Assembly: GCA_951406725.2 (NCBI GenBank)
Contig: OX597826.1
Coordinates: 29,884,001 to 29,948,000 of the forward strand
DNA from: Octopus vulgaris
Taxonomy: Eukaryota
DNA: 64,000 bases
Direction: 5' to 3'
The translations under genes were made by a program, and so were the position numbers. This document shows positions 1-13,445 of this stretch, in pieces. How positions within the stretch are numbered: position 1 is the first letter of the stretch; each line of letters starts with the position of its first letter. The notes below the pieces were generated by a model that saw nothing but the letters and a program-made list of their open reading frames with translations, ran no database searches and was not told where the DNA came from.

Positions 1-832
1 TATATGTTTGTATGTATGCATATATTTTTATTTATCACATTATTGTCTGACAGCGCCCTGCGTCAGGTTCGTTCCGATTCGTCATTTTGTTCCACCTCTT
101 GGTTCCTGTTTTTTTTATATTATTACTATATTTAAGACGCGGAATTCTCTCTCAATTTTCTCCCTTTGCTTTACCCTCTCCACTCTCTCTCCATCCCTCT
201 CCTCTTCTCCTCTCTCTAGTCGCGTGTCCCCCTCCTCCTTCCTTCTTCCTTACTGCCAGCCTATAAAATTTTCTTTTACACGTTGCTCTTACTACTGAAA
301 AGACTGCCTCCCACGCGCTGCTACAGTATCCTTCGTCTATGCAAAAAAAAAGGGCTTTTTCGTTCGTGCTCTTGTGTGTTTGATTTCCTGTATCGTATTC
401 TCTTTTATTTTCTCGTTTTGTATTTATTTGTATTTTTTGCACATGTATTTTTATTTTTGCAGTTTTATTGTTAAGTCCTGTTCGTGTTCGTACTCATTTT
501 GCCCCGCTGCTTGGAATTTTATTTTAATTCTCTCGCAGGAAGGCCTAGTGGATTAGTGTTCTGTCTCTGCCTTCGAAACATGCTTGACTCTACTAGCGAC
601 AGCTGATGACGGGGTTTTTTTTCCTTGTGTAGCACGTCCTGTAATTGTTTTTTTCGTTTTCTTGTTTTTTGTTTTTTCGTTTTCTTGTTTTTTGTTTTTT
701 TGATTTTCCCGTTTCTACGTCTTATTGTGGTGTCCTGTACTCACGTATAATTATTTATATATGCATGTATATATACATGTAGATGTAGGTACGTACATAT
801 ATGTTTGTATGTATACATATATTTTTATTTAT

Positions 833-838
<6 letters not shown>
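1..838 (+). mobile_element. Non-autonomous (TA)n-associated repeat with ~38-bp terminal direct repeat; possibly PLE-derived
   Basis: Bases 2-39 (atatgtttgtatgtatgcatatatttttatttatcaca) recur almost exactly at ~799-836, just before a (TA)n tract. Contains CGAAAC (~574) and CTGATGA (603-609) half-cores. Non-coding. Confidence 0.4.
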
Positions 839-883
<45 letters not shown>

Positions 884-939
884 TTGGAAATGGATGCATG
901 GCGTTCAATTAAATAATAAATAGCAAATTATATACATAT

Positions 940-1907
940 TGTTGTGAATGGTTCGGCTGGTGCAGTACTTCTTGACCTACTTTGTTGGGGGTGGAGTCTG
1001 AAAGTCTACAGTACAAAATTATAGTCCTTTGTTTACGGAAGAGTGATGGCTTTTGGAGGGACCCCTACCCTTTTGCCGGTCAAGAAATGGTCAGAGAAAC
1101 TACCTTATAAAAAGGAGCTGGGAGTCTGTAGATCAGTTCCGGCCGGAGAGAGGGAAAGAGCAGTCGGTATTTGGAATTCAGGGCAAGCGGTTGGCAGGTT
1201 GGATTTAGGAGCGAGGATTTGGAATTCAGGGCAAGCGTTTAGCAAGTTGGAGTTAGCGGTAGTGAGAAAGATGGGGTGCAATATGAGACACTGGCTATTC
1301 TAGTAGGAACTAAGGTACGTGAATTGTGTATTGATATGTGAAGAAAAAGAAGGAAAAAGAATCGATGTAAAGAGACTGTTGAAAAGAAATGAGACAGTGT
1401 ACAGAGTTGTTAAAAAGGAATTTAATGAACAATGTGAACTGTTGTGAATTGAACATTGATTTGTAACGTGAACTTATTTGTCTACGAACATTGTATATGC
1501 CTTTAATGTGTTTTGAAACAGAACTGTTGTCTCCAGACAGTTTAAATGCTTTGATCTGTGGTATGATGTATTCACTTGTTGTTTAATTAGACGTGTACTC
1601 TTGAAATGCTGTTGTTATTGCATTTGATGTGTTGTTACTTGCATGTTTAAATGCTTTGATGTATCTTGATATGTAATTGATGTTGTAACAATTGTAATAG
1701 TCATATAAACTAGTTGTTAAATGTAAGCCAATTGCCTTGCCTCTTTGTGTCTCTCTCGGTTGCCTCTGTATCTCTTCTTGCTGCTGCTACTGTTGTTGTC
1801 TATCTCTCTCCTCTCCGAGTTTCCGTGGCGAACTTATTCGCTGATCGAACGGGCCTTTGTGAGGGATTCCGTAACAGCTTTTGTTCGACAGAGGTCCCCT
1901 CGTAACA
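940..1907 (+). mobile_element. Probable solo LTR (Gypsy-like)
   Basis: Begins TGTTGTGA and ends TCGTAACA (TG..CA with short terminal inverted repeat). Flanked by a 4-bp ATAT duplication (936-939, 1908-1911). TATAAAA at ~1106 is followed by purine-rich sequence. No internal coding region. Confidence 0.55.
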
Positions 1908-1911
1908 ATAT

Positions 1912-2260
1912 ATTACATGAAGAGCATTACTGCACGTAAATGACTCACGCTGTGATGGAGTCTTAAAGTCCAAACTACCGTAATAAATATACGGTGCATC
2001 GACAGCAAGGGAATGCAACTTGGAAGCCATCCCTTAAAAACAGATTCAGCCGCTGATCATATGATTTAATAGTTGGTGTACATAATCTACTTTCTAATCG
2101 TCAGTGCACGCATAATGAAGACACATAAACTGAACAAAATTCAACATACAAGACGAACACCAAAAGTATGCAACATAGAAATGTTCACACTTATATATCT
2201 ATGTAAGAGGCGGACTTTTCAAATTACATCTCGGTACACGTGTATATTCGGAATAATTCA
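1912..2260 (-). mobile_element. Diverged single copy of the 480-bp retrozyme-like monomer, with decayed hammerhead
   Basis: The reverse complement aligns by eye with array positions ~6844-7190 (ttattccgaa, aaaagYccgcc, gttcgtctt, CTGACGAt, ggtagt, YagYgtgag.cattta.gtg..rtaatgcYct). HHR at ~2049-2110: CTGACGA...TAAA(G12 lost)TCATATGATC. Confidence 0.7.
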
Positions 2261-2289
2261 GCAGTGAATATATTTTAAATTTAAAATTT

Positions 2290-2455
2290 AACCGGTTCAA
2301 CAAACGGTTCAAAACAACATGAGATACGCAAACGAACGAGGTAAATACGTAAACAACGAGAAAAAAAGGAAAACAGGACAAGTAAACACAGAGAAAGGAC
2401 CCTTCATCAGATGTCGACTGTATATCTACTCCTCACTTCGAGTATTCAACGTCGA
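2290..2455 (-). repeat. Fragment of a repeat with the GAA..CTGATGA..GTCCTGT motif shared with 570-640
   Basis: Minus strand cgacatCTGATGAagggtcctttctctgtgtttacttGTCctgt resembles cgacagCTGATGAcggggt..ccttgtgtagcacGTCctgt at 597-642. Confidence 0.45.
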
Positions 2456-3184
2456 ATTTCTTCCTATCATAATATTGTATACGACTTGAGATATCTGTCT
2501 TGCCTTAATGTTTGCTCCCTAACCCCCAATATAATTTTAAATATCTTTATATATTTAATATGCATACATTAATGCAAACCTCGGACTAAATTAAACTTGG
2601 ACATGGAGTTTAAGTTACTACTATGTTTTTTAAAATTAAATTTATTTGATTATGTGGATGTATTAATTTTAATATCCATATAACATAAATGTAAACATTG
2701 TGAAATCCAATATGCATATAACAGAGACTTATATTTTGTGGACCTAACCATGCCTGGACATATAATTCGGATTGAATATTTTGGATGCTAGAATTAAACT
2801 TGTTCGTGTTACGTGGATGCGTTTAGTAATATTTGGATTATGTTTGTATGATTAAGATATTTATACGCAAATATCTTGTTTGTGCATATGTGTATATATA
2901 TATGTGAATGTGTGAATATTTATACTTCGTACCTTGTTTCATGAATTTTTGTTATGTTGTTTAGTATTATCGTTAAAACAACAATACTGTTGGTACTGTT
3001 AAAAGTGGTAGTATATTACGTTAGAATGCATTTACTGGAATATACGAAGCATGATATACCCAATGTAATGTAATATATTGTTCAATGTTGTTCTTTATGT
3101 ATTTTGCACATGTTGATTACTATGTACGATTTGCCTATGTATGTATATGTATGTAGATTTGTATATTTTCTTATGTATATATGT

Positions 3185-3270
<86 letters not shown>

Positions 3271-3373
3271 GTATTTTGAATATTTGTCTTATTATTTATT
3301 TATTTTTATTGGATAGTAAGTGAAGCATGTTTTATATATCAACATTATTATTATACTTTTCTAGTTATTTATA

Positions 3374-3505
3374 TCCTCTGACGAGGTCTTTGGTTATTTA
3401 AGCATACAAGTATAATTTTTAATGCCTAGAACTGTATTACACTGGCATCTATAGGCAATTTAAGTTGAATTGACTCTTGACCATAGGCTGAAACAACTGT
3501 AAAGA
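3374..3505 (+). ncRNA. Type I hammerhead ribozyme motif, long stem II, weakened stem I
   Basis: CTGACGA 3378-3384; stem II ggtctttggtta/tgaccataggct; GAAAC-aact-GTA 3490-3501; stem I tcct/aaga imperfect. Confidence 0.55.
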
Positions 3506-3662
3506 GCAGTTTATTTGTATTATTTTTATTATTATATTACATATTGGTGTCTATTATTTTGTTCGATTTTGATGTTCCCATTTGTATAATTAATAAATAA
3601 TGTGAAATTGTAATATCCGTAAGTTAATGATCGAAATGAATTTGTTTCTCCATTTTCTTATT

Positions 3663-3703
<41 letters not shown>

Positions 3704-3896
3704 ACATTTTTTTCGCTATTCTACCAAATATATACGTCTTATTTACTATTTTGCATATTACTTAATCATTGCTATATGTTTTATCTTATATTTAATCTTT
3801 CTATAATATGTAATTTTCTACATGGTATAATGTAACTTTTCATTATTGAATTGATAAAAGGTGCTTTTTTCTAATTTATATATATATATATATCTA

Positions 3897-3967
<71 letters not shown>

Positions 3968-3998
3968 GTATATATATATATATGTGTATATATATATG

Positions 3999-4029
<31 letters not shown>

Positions 4030-4203
4030 GTATATATATGGTTAATTTCGATATATGCACGTATTTTTTCGGACACAATAGTCACAATTACGTATTTGTT
4101 TATGAAATCAACTCTGATTCGATTCATCTAAATATACATTTACGTATGATTTATGTACGTATGTGTGCGTATGCAAGTTTGCTGGTGTTTATGTATATGT
4201 ATA

Positions 4204-4259
<56 letters not shown>

Positions 4260-5199
4260 AAGAAAGAAAGAGAGAGATGTATATATATATATACACTCAT
4301 ATACATTTGTACGTATTCATATTAATATATATATATATATATATGTAATATTTGCATGTGCGCGTGTGTATTATGTAATGTATACAAATATATACTTCTA
4401 CACTCATATATTAATGTACACATACACACGTACACACACACACATATATATCTAAATATATATACATCCACCCATGACTACGCCTACTTGCATAAATATA
4501 TTCATACATATATGAATATATACCTACAAATATATATATATATGCATAAACACACACTCGCACACACAGGCACATACACACACATACACACACACACATA
4601 TGTATCTACATTTGTGTGCCTATGCATATATACGTGTATGAATACGAAATCTACATCTGGGAATCACCAATGCGATAAATTGAAATACTTTAAGTATTAA
4701 CGAAGAATTTTCTAAAAGAATTCATTCATCGCAAATATTGAACGGGCTTCCTTTCATCGCCATTTTAGCCATAGCCATCGCAGTCAGACATTATCGAGTA
4801 TGTTCTGTTGTTTTTAACACAGCAGTATTTTGTATGTGGGAGATATTGCTTCTATTTCTTAAATATAGAAAATTATTTCGTAATTATTTTTGTATTTCTT
4901 GCAATTATTGTAACCAATATACATTGAAAGATACAAAACTATCAATTTATTTTGATAACAAACAATTTCACTTTAATTGTGCAATTGTATTTCGGGAGTT
5001 TCCCACAGCTACATGTCTAACAGTCTCTTTCTCTCTCGCTCTCCTCCCCTCTCTTTCTCTCCCTGAATGTCTTTCCCAGCTTGTTTTTGCCCTAAGTGTA
5101 CATCTGAATTTTGTGAGTAATCCTATCTAGCTGTCTGCCTGCCTGTCCGATTGGTTGTTAATATAAGCATATACAGATCTATCTGTGCAAACGCTCGTG

Positions 5200-5266
<67 letters not shown>

Positions 5267-5465
5267 TATGAGAAGTAATGGTGTCATTTGAGAACCTATG
5301 GTGTCAGGTAATGCTGAATAAATGCTATAGACAGACCATAGTTAAGCTCTAAGTTCGGTGATTATGCGAATAAGGGGTTCAACGTTGGTCATATGTCAGC
5401 GTGTATATATATATATATATATATATATACATACACATTTATATCTTGCTTCACAAGATATAAAT

Positions 5466-6719
5466 TACGAGGGGCGTTCAATAAGTAATGCCCCTGACCC
5501 ACTTCCCACAGCAGTAGAGCAACGAAACTTGGCACAGTTATTAGTCTTTTTCTACATAGCAACCACTCAGAGTTACGCATTTCTCCCATTGTTTGATGCA
5601 GCTCTGGAGACCGTTTTTGTAGAAGACCCCAGCTTGGTCCTCCAACCTGAACGTGACTTCAGAAATCATGGCTGCATCATCTGGGAAACGCTTTCCTTTC
5701 AAAAACAACTTCATGACTGGGAAGAGGTGAAAATCAGAGGGTGCAAGGTCAGGAAAGTAGGGGGATGGGGAGGAGTTCATAGCCATACGCCTGTGCTGCT
5801 GATCTGGCGACAAGCGAGTTGTGGACCGGAGCGTTGTCCTGCAGGAGGAGGATGCCTTTGCTGATCTTGCCCCGCCTCTTGATTTTGATAACTTCTCTTA
5901 ATTTCCTCAAAAGTGAAGCATAATAGGCTTCTGCAATTGTGGTACCCTTTGCCAAGAAATCTGTCATCACTACTCCGTCCTGGTCCCAGAAGACTGTGAG
6001 CATGACCTTGCCAGCGGAGGGCTGCACCCTTGCCTCCTTTGGAGGGGGTGAGTCACGGTGCTTCCACTGCATTGACTGGGCTTTGGTCTCTGGATCATCG
6101 TGATGGACCCAGGTTTCATCCTATGTAATCAGTCTTTTGAAAAATTTTGACTCATCTTCTTGGCACATCTCCAAATTCACCCTCGAGCACTCGACGCGTT
6201 CTTGCTTCTGGAAAGGCGTGAGCAACCCGGGAATCCATCTGGCAGACACCTTTTGCATATGCAAATGGTCATGAATGATAGTTTCCACAGACCCGGTACT
6301 AATCTTGACCTCATGGGCTATTTGGCGAATAATTATGCGTCGATCTTCCAAAATGGCAGCCTCAACTTGACGGACAGATGCCTCATCAATGGCAGAAGGG
6401 GGCGACCAGATCTGGGAGCTGTTTCCACAGAGTTCCGACCATGTTTGAATTCACGATGCCAGTGATTTACAAGGTCATATGATGGGGCATCATCACCATA
6501 AGTTACTTTCATTTCATCAAAAGTCTCCTGTGGTGTGCGTCCTTTCAAATACAAAAACCGGATCACTGCTCGACACTCAACAGGCTCCATTTCACACTTG
6601 ACTCGGTTCAAAGACCTGTAAATCAGAAACCACAATTAATTCAGAGCTGTAATTTGCCACTTACTCTATAGAGATATAAATAATTGCACATGCACAATTT
6701 CAAACAAATGTAAGTGGGT
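5466..6719 (-). mobile_element. Mariner (Tc1/mariner DD34D) transposon, decayed; right TIR truncated by the tandem array
   Basis: TA followed by TIR cgaggggcgttcaataagtaatgcccctgacccacttc at 5468. Only aagtgggt (6712-6719) of the opposite TIR remains. Confidence 0.92.
5541..6590 (-). pseudogene. Mariner transposase pseudogene
   Basis: Split over four ORFs: MEPVECRAVIRFLYLKG (HTH), KVSARWIP, IT*DETWVHH, LQDNAPVH, PYFPDLAPSDFHLF. Several frameshifts and one stop. Confidence 0.95.
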
Positions 6720-7001
6720 AATTAATTTGTTCAAAAGAAAAAAATTATTTTCGGATTCTTTTCTTTTATGAGGTTTTCACGCTAGCTACCCGATAATTTC
6801 TTGTTAAGACCCCTTATTAAGAGATTATCCTTAATTGTTAAACTTATTCCGAAATACTTTTCATTACCCGACATGCAGTTCGTAAAAAGCCCGCCATTTA
6901 CCGGATATATGATTTATAAACATTCCATGTGCTTGGCCGGAGTGAGCAGTTGTCTGTTCGTCTTCGCTACGTAAGGTTGGTAGTTTATTTATGATGTGTT
7001 C

Positions 7002-7071
7002 AGAATCAGTTCTGCTGACGATCATTAGACGTAAGTTGAATGTGAAATCACGGTGATACAGAACTAAATTC
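7002..7071 (+). ncRNA. Type I hammerhead ribozyme, array unit 1
   Basis: Stem I agttctg(7008-14)/cagaact(7059-65), extended by gaat/attc across an internal loop. CTGACGA 7015-21. Stem II cattagac-GTAA-gttgaatg, closed by a T.T pair next to the core. GAAA 7044-47. Stem III ATCA-cgg-TGAT. Predicted cleavage after AUA at 7058. Confidence 0.85.
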
Positions 7072-7481
7072 ATTTTTTAAATGTCTTGCTTTGAAAAACT
7101 GCATTTGGGTATGATTAGTATAATTTTGGTAGTAATGACTTTGTCCCTCCTAGTGTGAGGCATTTATGTGTAATAATGCCCTCTATACAATATAGATATA
7201 ATTAATTTGTTCAAAAGAAAAAAATTATTTTCGGATTCTTTTCTTTTATGAGGTTTTCACGCTAGCTACCCGATAATTTCTTGTTAAGACCCCTTATTAA
7301 GAGATTATCCTTAATTGTTAAACTTATTCCGAAATACTTTTCATTACCCGACATGCAGTTCGTAAAAAGCCCGCCATTTACCGGATATATGATTTATAAA
7401 CATTCCATGTGCTTGGCCGGAGTGAGCAGTTGTCTGTTCGTCTTCGCTACGTAAGGTTGGTAGTTTATTTATGATGTGTTC

Positions 7482-7551
7482 AGAATCAGTTCTGCTGACG
7501 ATCATTAGACGTAAGTTGAATGTGAAATCACGGTGATACAGAACTAAATTC
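7482..7551 (+). ncRNA. Type I hammerhead ribozyme, array unit 2
   Basis: Identical to 7002-7071 (+480). Confidence 0.85.
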
Positions 7552-7961
7552 ATTTTTTAAATGTCTTGCTTTGAAAAACTGCATTTGGGTATGATTAGTA
7601 TAATTTTGGTAGTAATGACTTTGTCCCTCCTAGTGTGAGGCATTTATGTGTAATAATGCCCTCTATACAATATAGATATAATTAATTTGTTCAAAAGAAA
7701 AAAATTATTTTCGGATTCTTTTCTTTTATGAGGTTTTCACGCTAGCTACCCGATAATTTCTTGTTAAGACCCCTTATTAAGAGATTATCCTTAATTGTTA
7801 AACTTATTCCGAAATACTTTTCATTACCCGACATGCAGTTCGTAAAAAGCCCGCCATTTACCGGATATATGATTTATAAACATTCCATGTGCTTGGCCGG
7901 AGTGAGCAGTTGTCTGTTCGTCTTCGCTACGTAAGGTTGGTAGTTTATTTATGATGTGTTC

Positions 7962-8031
7962 AGAATCAGTTCTGCTGACGATCATTAGACGTAAGTTGAA
8001 TGTGAAATCACGGTGATACAGAACTAAATTC
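7962..8031 (+). ncRNA. Type I hammerhead ribozyme, array unit 3
   Basis: Identical to 7002-7071 (+960). Confidence 0.85.
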
Positions 8032-8441
8032 ATTTTTTAAATGTCTTGCTTTGAAAAACTGCATTTGGGTATGATTAGTATAATTTTGGTAGTAATGACT
8101 TTGTCCCTCCTAGTGTGAGGCATTTATGTGTAATAATGCCCTCTATACAATATAGATATAATTAATTTGTTCAAAAGAAAAAAATTATTTTCGGATTCTT
8201 TTCTTTTATGAGGTTTTCACGCTAGCTACCCGATAATTTCTTGTTAAGACCCCTTATTAAGAGATTATCCTTAATTGTTAAACTTATTCCGAAATACTTT
8301 TCATTACCCGACATGCAGTTCGTAAAAAGCCCGCCATTTACCGGATATATGATTTATAAACATTCCATGTGCTTGGCCGGAGTGAGCAGTTGTCTGTTCG
8401 TCTTCGCTACGTAAGGTTGGTAGTTTATTTATGATGTGTTC

Positions 8442-8511
8442 AGAATCAGTTCTGCTGACGATCATTAGACGTAAGTTGAATGTGAAATCACGGTGATACA
8501 GAACTAAATTC
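8442..8511 (+). ncRNA. Type I hammerhead ribozyme, array unit 4
   Basis: Identical to 7002-7071 (+1440). Confidence 0.85.
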
Positions 8512-8921
8512 ATTTTTTAAATGTCTTGCTTTGAAAAACTGCATTTGGGTATGATTAGTATAATTTTGGTAGTAATGACTTTGTCCCTCCTAGTGTGAGG
8601 CATTTATGTGTAATAATGCCCTCTATACAATATAGATATAATTAATTTGTTCAAAAGAAAAAAATTATTTTCGGATTCTTTTCTTTTATGAGGTTTTCAC
8701 GCTAGCTACCCGATAATTTCTTGTTAAGACCCCTTATTAAGAGATTATCCTTAATTGTTAAACTTATTCCGAAATACTTTTCATTACCCGACATGCAGTT
8801 CGTAAAAAGCCCGCCATTTACCGGATATATGATTTATAAACATTCCATGTGCTTGGCCGGAGTGAGCAGTTGTCTGTTCGTCTTCGCTACGTAAGGTTGG
8901 TAGTTTATTTATGATGTGTTC

Positions 8922-8991
8922 AGAATCAGTTCTGCTGACGATCATTAGACGTAAGTTGAATGTGAAATCACGGTGATACAGAACTAAATTC
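8922..8991 (+). ncRNA. Type I hammerhead ribozyme, array unit 5
   Basis: Identical to 7002-7071 (+1920). Confidence 0.85.
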
Positions 8992-9246
8992 ATTTTTTAA
9001 ATGTCTTGCTTTGAAAAACTGCATTTGGGTATGATTAGTATAATTTTGGTAGTAATGACTTTGTCCCTCCTAGTGTGAGGCATTTATGTGTAATAATGCC
9101 CTCTATACAATATAGATATAATTAATTTGTTCAAAAGAAAAAAATTATTTTCGGATTCTTTTCTTTTATGAGGTTTTCACGCTAGCTACCCGATAATTTC
9201 TTGTTAAGACCCCTTATTAAGAGATTATCCTTAATTGTTAAACTTA

Positions 9247-9286
<40 letters not shown>

Positions 9287-9411
9287 GGGAGAGTTTACGA
9301 AAAAAAATAAAAAACGAAGACAGGTGGTGTACAAAACAAACATATATATTAGTACAACGCTCAGGAATAGAAGAAGTATTTTACCTATATATATATAAAA
9401 TATATATATTT

Positions 9412-9462
<51 letters not shown>

Positions 9463-9512
9463 TATATATACATGTATGTGTATATGTATATAAACGGTAA
9501 GGCCTGTTAAGC

Positions 9513-9593
9513 CTTCACAAGATGAAGTGGTGAACGCTGGAGAAACGAATCTATGACAGGAGACAGACGAAATGTGCCTAGTCTCTTGTGAAG
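9513..9593 (+). ncRNA. Decayed hammerhead-like motif
   Basis: 10-bp stem I cttcacaaga/tcttgtgaag encloses TGA...GAAA(9569)...GTC(9581-83). The CTGANGA box is partly deleted. Confidence 0.35.
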
Positions 9594-9681
9594 CAAGAAC
9601 AATAGAAAGAGAGAAAGAGAGAGAGAGAGAGAGAGGGAGAGAGGGAGACAGGGAGACAGGGAGTGAGGGAGAGAGTGAGTT

Positions 9682-9719
<38 letters not shown>

Positions 9720-9916
9720 AGAGGGATAGCCGCTGGTCATGTGTGAGTGGATTTGGTAGACGAAAACTGATAGAAGCCCGATTCATATATATACATAAAC
9801 ACACCGATGTTGGTATGTTTACGTCCCCGTATCAAAAGATATCTGGGGTCGATTTATTCGATTAAAAGGCGGTGCTCCGGCATGGCCACAGTCAAATGAC
9901 TGAAACAAGTAAACGA

Positions 9917-10471
<555 letters not shown>

Positions 10472-10699
10472 ACATACATTTATTTATACATGCATATATA
10501 TATATATATATATATAATAAACACATGTGTGTATGCGAATTCAAAGCGCTCCATTATTAATATGGCGGAATTCAAAATATGCATTTTCCTTAATAGCCTC
10601 TGTGGCTATAAACTTATAACACATATAAATATGAGTTATAAATATACATGAGATAAACCTGGCGTATATCTATAGGTATATCTATATTCATTCATTCAT

Positions 10700-10752
<53 letters not shown>

Positions 10753-10781
10753 CCTTCTTTCTCTGAATACACACACACAAA

Positions 10782-10843
<62 letters not shown>

Positions 10844-10972
10844 TACATACATATGTACGCAAACATAGATATATCGATGCTTAAGCTTCTATTTATAGTT
10901 GTGGGTGATACCTGCGTGTTAAAATGGTGAGAATATTTGGAGCCAGTGTTTTTTAGTTAGTGCTTCTCTCCA

Positions 10973-11009
<37 letters not shown>

Positions 11010-11279
11010 AATATATAAATGATATAGAGAAGCGAAAGGGTGAGCGAGAAAGCGATTGATAGATATGAAACTACATAGATAAGTAGATAAAGGTTATTGA
11101 TTGCTTATATCTAATAATCAAATGCTTTGATCTAAATATCTTGAATTGAGCTGACTATATAATTTTAATTTATAGCAACTCATATTCGAACGAAAAAAAT
11201 CTACCTGTGAATTTGTGTGTGTTTGTGCGTTTGTTCATATTGTAATCTCACTGATTGTGTGTACGTGCATGTATAACAT

Positions 11280-11344
<65 letters not shown>

Positions 11345-11453
11345 CCTCTATAAGTATTTATATATGCATGTATGTATTTATATAAAAGTTTGTGTATATG
11401 TATGTGTATACATATATATATATATATTTATAGATTTGTATATATATATGTAT

Positions 11454-11490
<37 letters not shown>

Positions 11491-11553
11491 AATCTATATA
11501 TATGCATAGTTATATTATAAATATGTGTATATATATGTATATATGTATGCATT

Positions 11554-11592
<39 letters not shown>

Positions 11593-11721
11593 GCATTCAT
11601 ATATATGTGTGTGTGTGTCTATGTGTAAAATACGAAAGCAAACGTGGCATATGCATATATGTCAATGCATACAAACACACTAAAACACACACTACCAGAC
11701 ACTCACACGTATACATGTATC

Positions 11722-11756
<35 letters not shown>

Positions 11757-11763
11757 AATATAT

Positions 11764-11798
<35 letters not shown>

Positions 11799-11929
11799 CA
11801 TATATATACATATATATATATATCCGTATATATATATGTATTCATGTATATATATATATGGTATAAATCCATAAATACTTGGCTGTTTATGCATCTATCT
11901 ATATGTGTATATAGATGTATGTATACGTG

Positions 11930-11996
<67 letters not shown>

Positions 11997-12721
11997 ATGT
12001 ATGTATGTATTCTTGTTTTCATTGATACATATTGCTCTATGGCATAATTTCTGCCTGCAGCCAGAATCGGTTTTGAATATTAAACTAACGAACGTGGGAG
12101 ATATTTTTCTGTGAGCAAACCCCTGAATTAAGCTTAACGGTGTCATTTGATAATGAGCTGTTGCAGCGCATGTTATGAAAAGAAACACAACCACCGCCAC
12201 CACCATCACCGCAACCACAATCACCGCAACCACCATTACCGCCACGAAAACCACCAACATCAACATCGTTGTCGTTACCACCACCACCGACAACGACAAC
12301 ATCACCACTATCATCATCATCATCATTATCATCATCATCATCATCATCACCACCACCATCTCTAGTACGACAATGATGACGTACCACCAACACCATCGCC
12401 ATGACCACGTCAATCATCATCATCATTACTGCTATAATAAACAAAACCACCCCCACTACGGCTACCATCACTGCTGTCACTGCCACCACCACCACCACAA
12501 CCACAACAACAACAACAACAACAGCAACATCAATTGCAAGTAAACAATGAAATAGAGTTTAGAGAGAATTTAAAAAAAAACAAAACTATATATAAAAAAT
12601 GTTCTTTCATTCTTTTCCCAAGATTTGGTCTTTATTTTGGCACTTCATAGATTCCTGTTCTTCTTCTTCCTAGCAAAAGAAGAAATCTAGCATTTCCATT
12701 TTTGTTACGTACATACATACA

Positions 12722-12755
<34 letters not shown>

Positions 12756-13251
12756 CATACATACATACATACATACATGTCTATGTACGTGTATGTATAT
12801 ATAAATATATACACGAGTATATATATTCTACATATATTTGTATATAAATATACATGCTCATATGCATATCTATATAGATGTATATACATAAATATATACA
12901 TATATGTATGTATATATATATATATATATATAAATATATACATATATGCATATATATAACTATATATTAATATATATATATACTCACACATACGCATATT
13001 TATGTATATATTTACATATTTATGGATTTATATGCATATATATATATATGCATGCATATATATATACATGTATATATACACACACATATATATAAATACA
13101 TATATATATATATATAAATACATAAATATGAAAATATATATTTATATGTAAACATATATGTATAGATATGATATATATATATGTGTATGATATATATATA
13201 TATAGGTATATCTGTCTATCTATATACATACATGCATAGATACATACATAA

Positions 13252-13325
<74 letters not shown>

Positions 13326-13402
13326 GCATACATACATATACCTATATAGCTACATATACATATATACATATTTCTATATATATGCATATTTGTGTGTGTC
13401 TG

Positions 13403-13445
<43 letters not shown>

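Larger units (their letters stand above)
6719..9247 (+). repeat. 480-bp tandem array (~5.27 apparently identical copies), one hammerhead ribozyme per unit; non-LTR retrozyme-like
   Basis: Lines repeat with an exact 480-bp period (6721, 7201, 7681, 8161, 8641, 9121). Ends in a partial unit (aacttat) running into (TA)n. Confidence 0.97.

Noticed and set aside
6864-7073. 69-aa ORF repeated five times on the minus strand
   Set aside because: Antisense to the HHR, with no recognisable domain; it recurs only because the array units are identical.
6719-9247. CRISPR-like array
   Set aside because: Units are identical over their whole length with no unique spacers; the context is eukaryotic and there are no cas genes.
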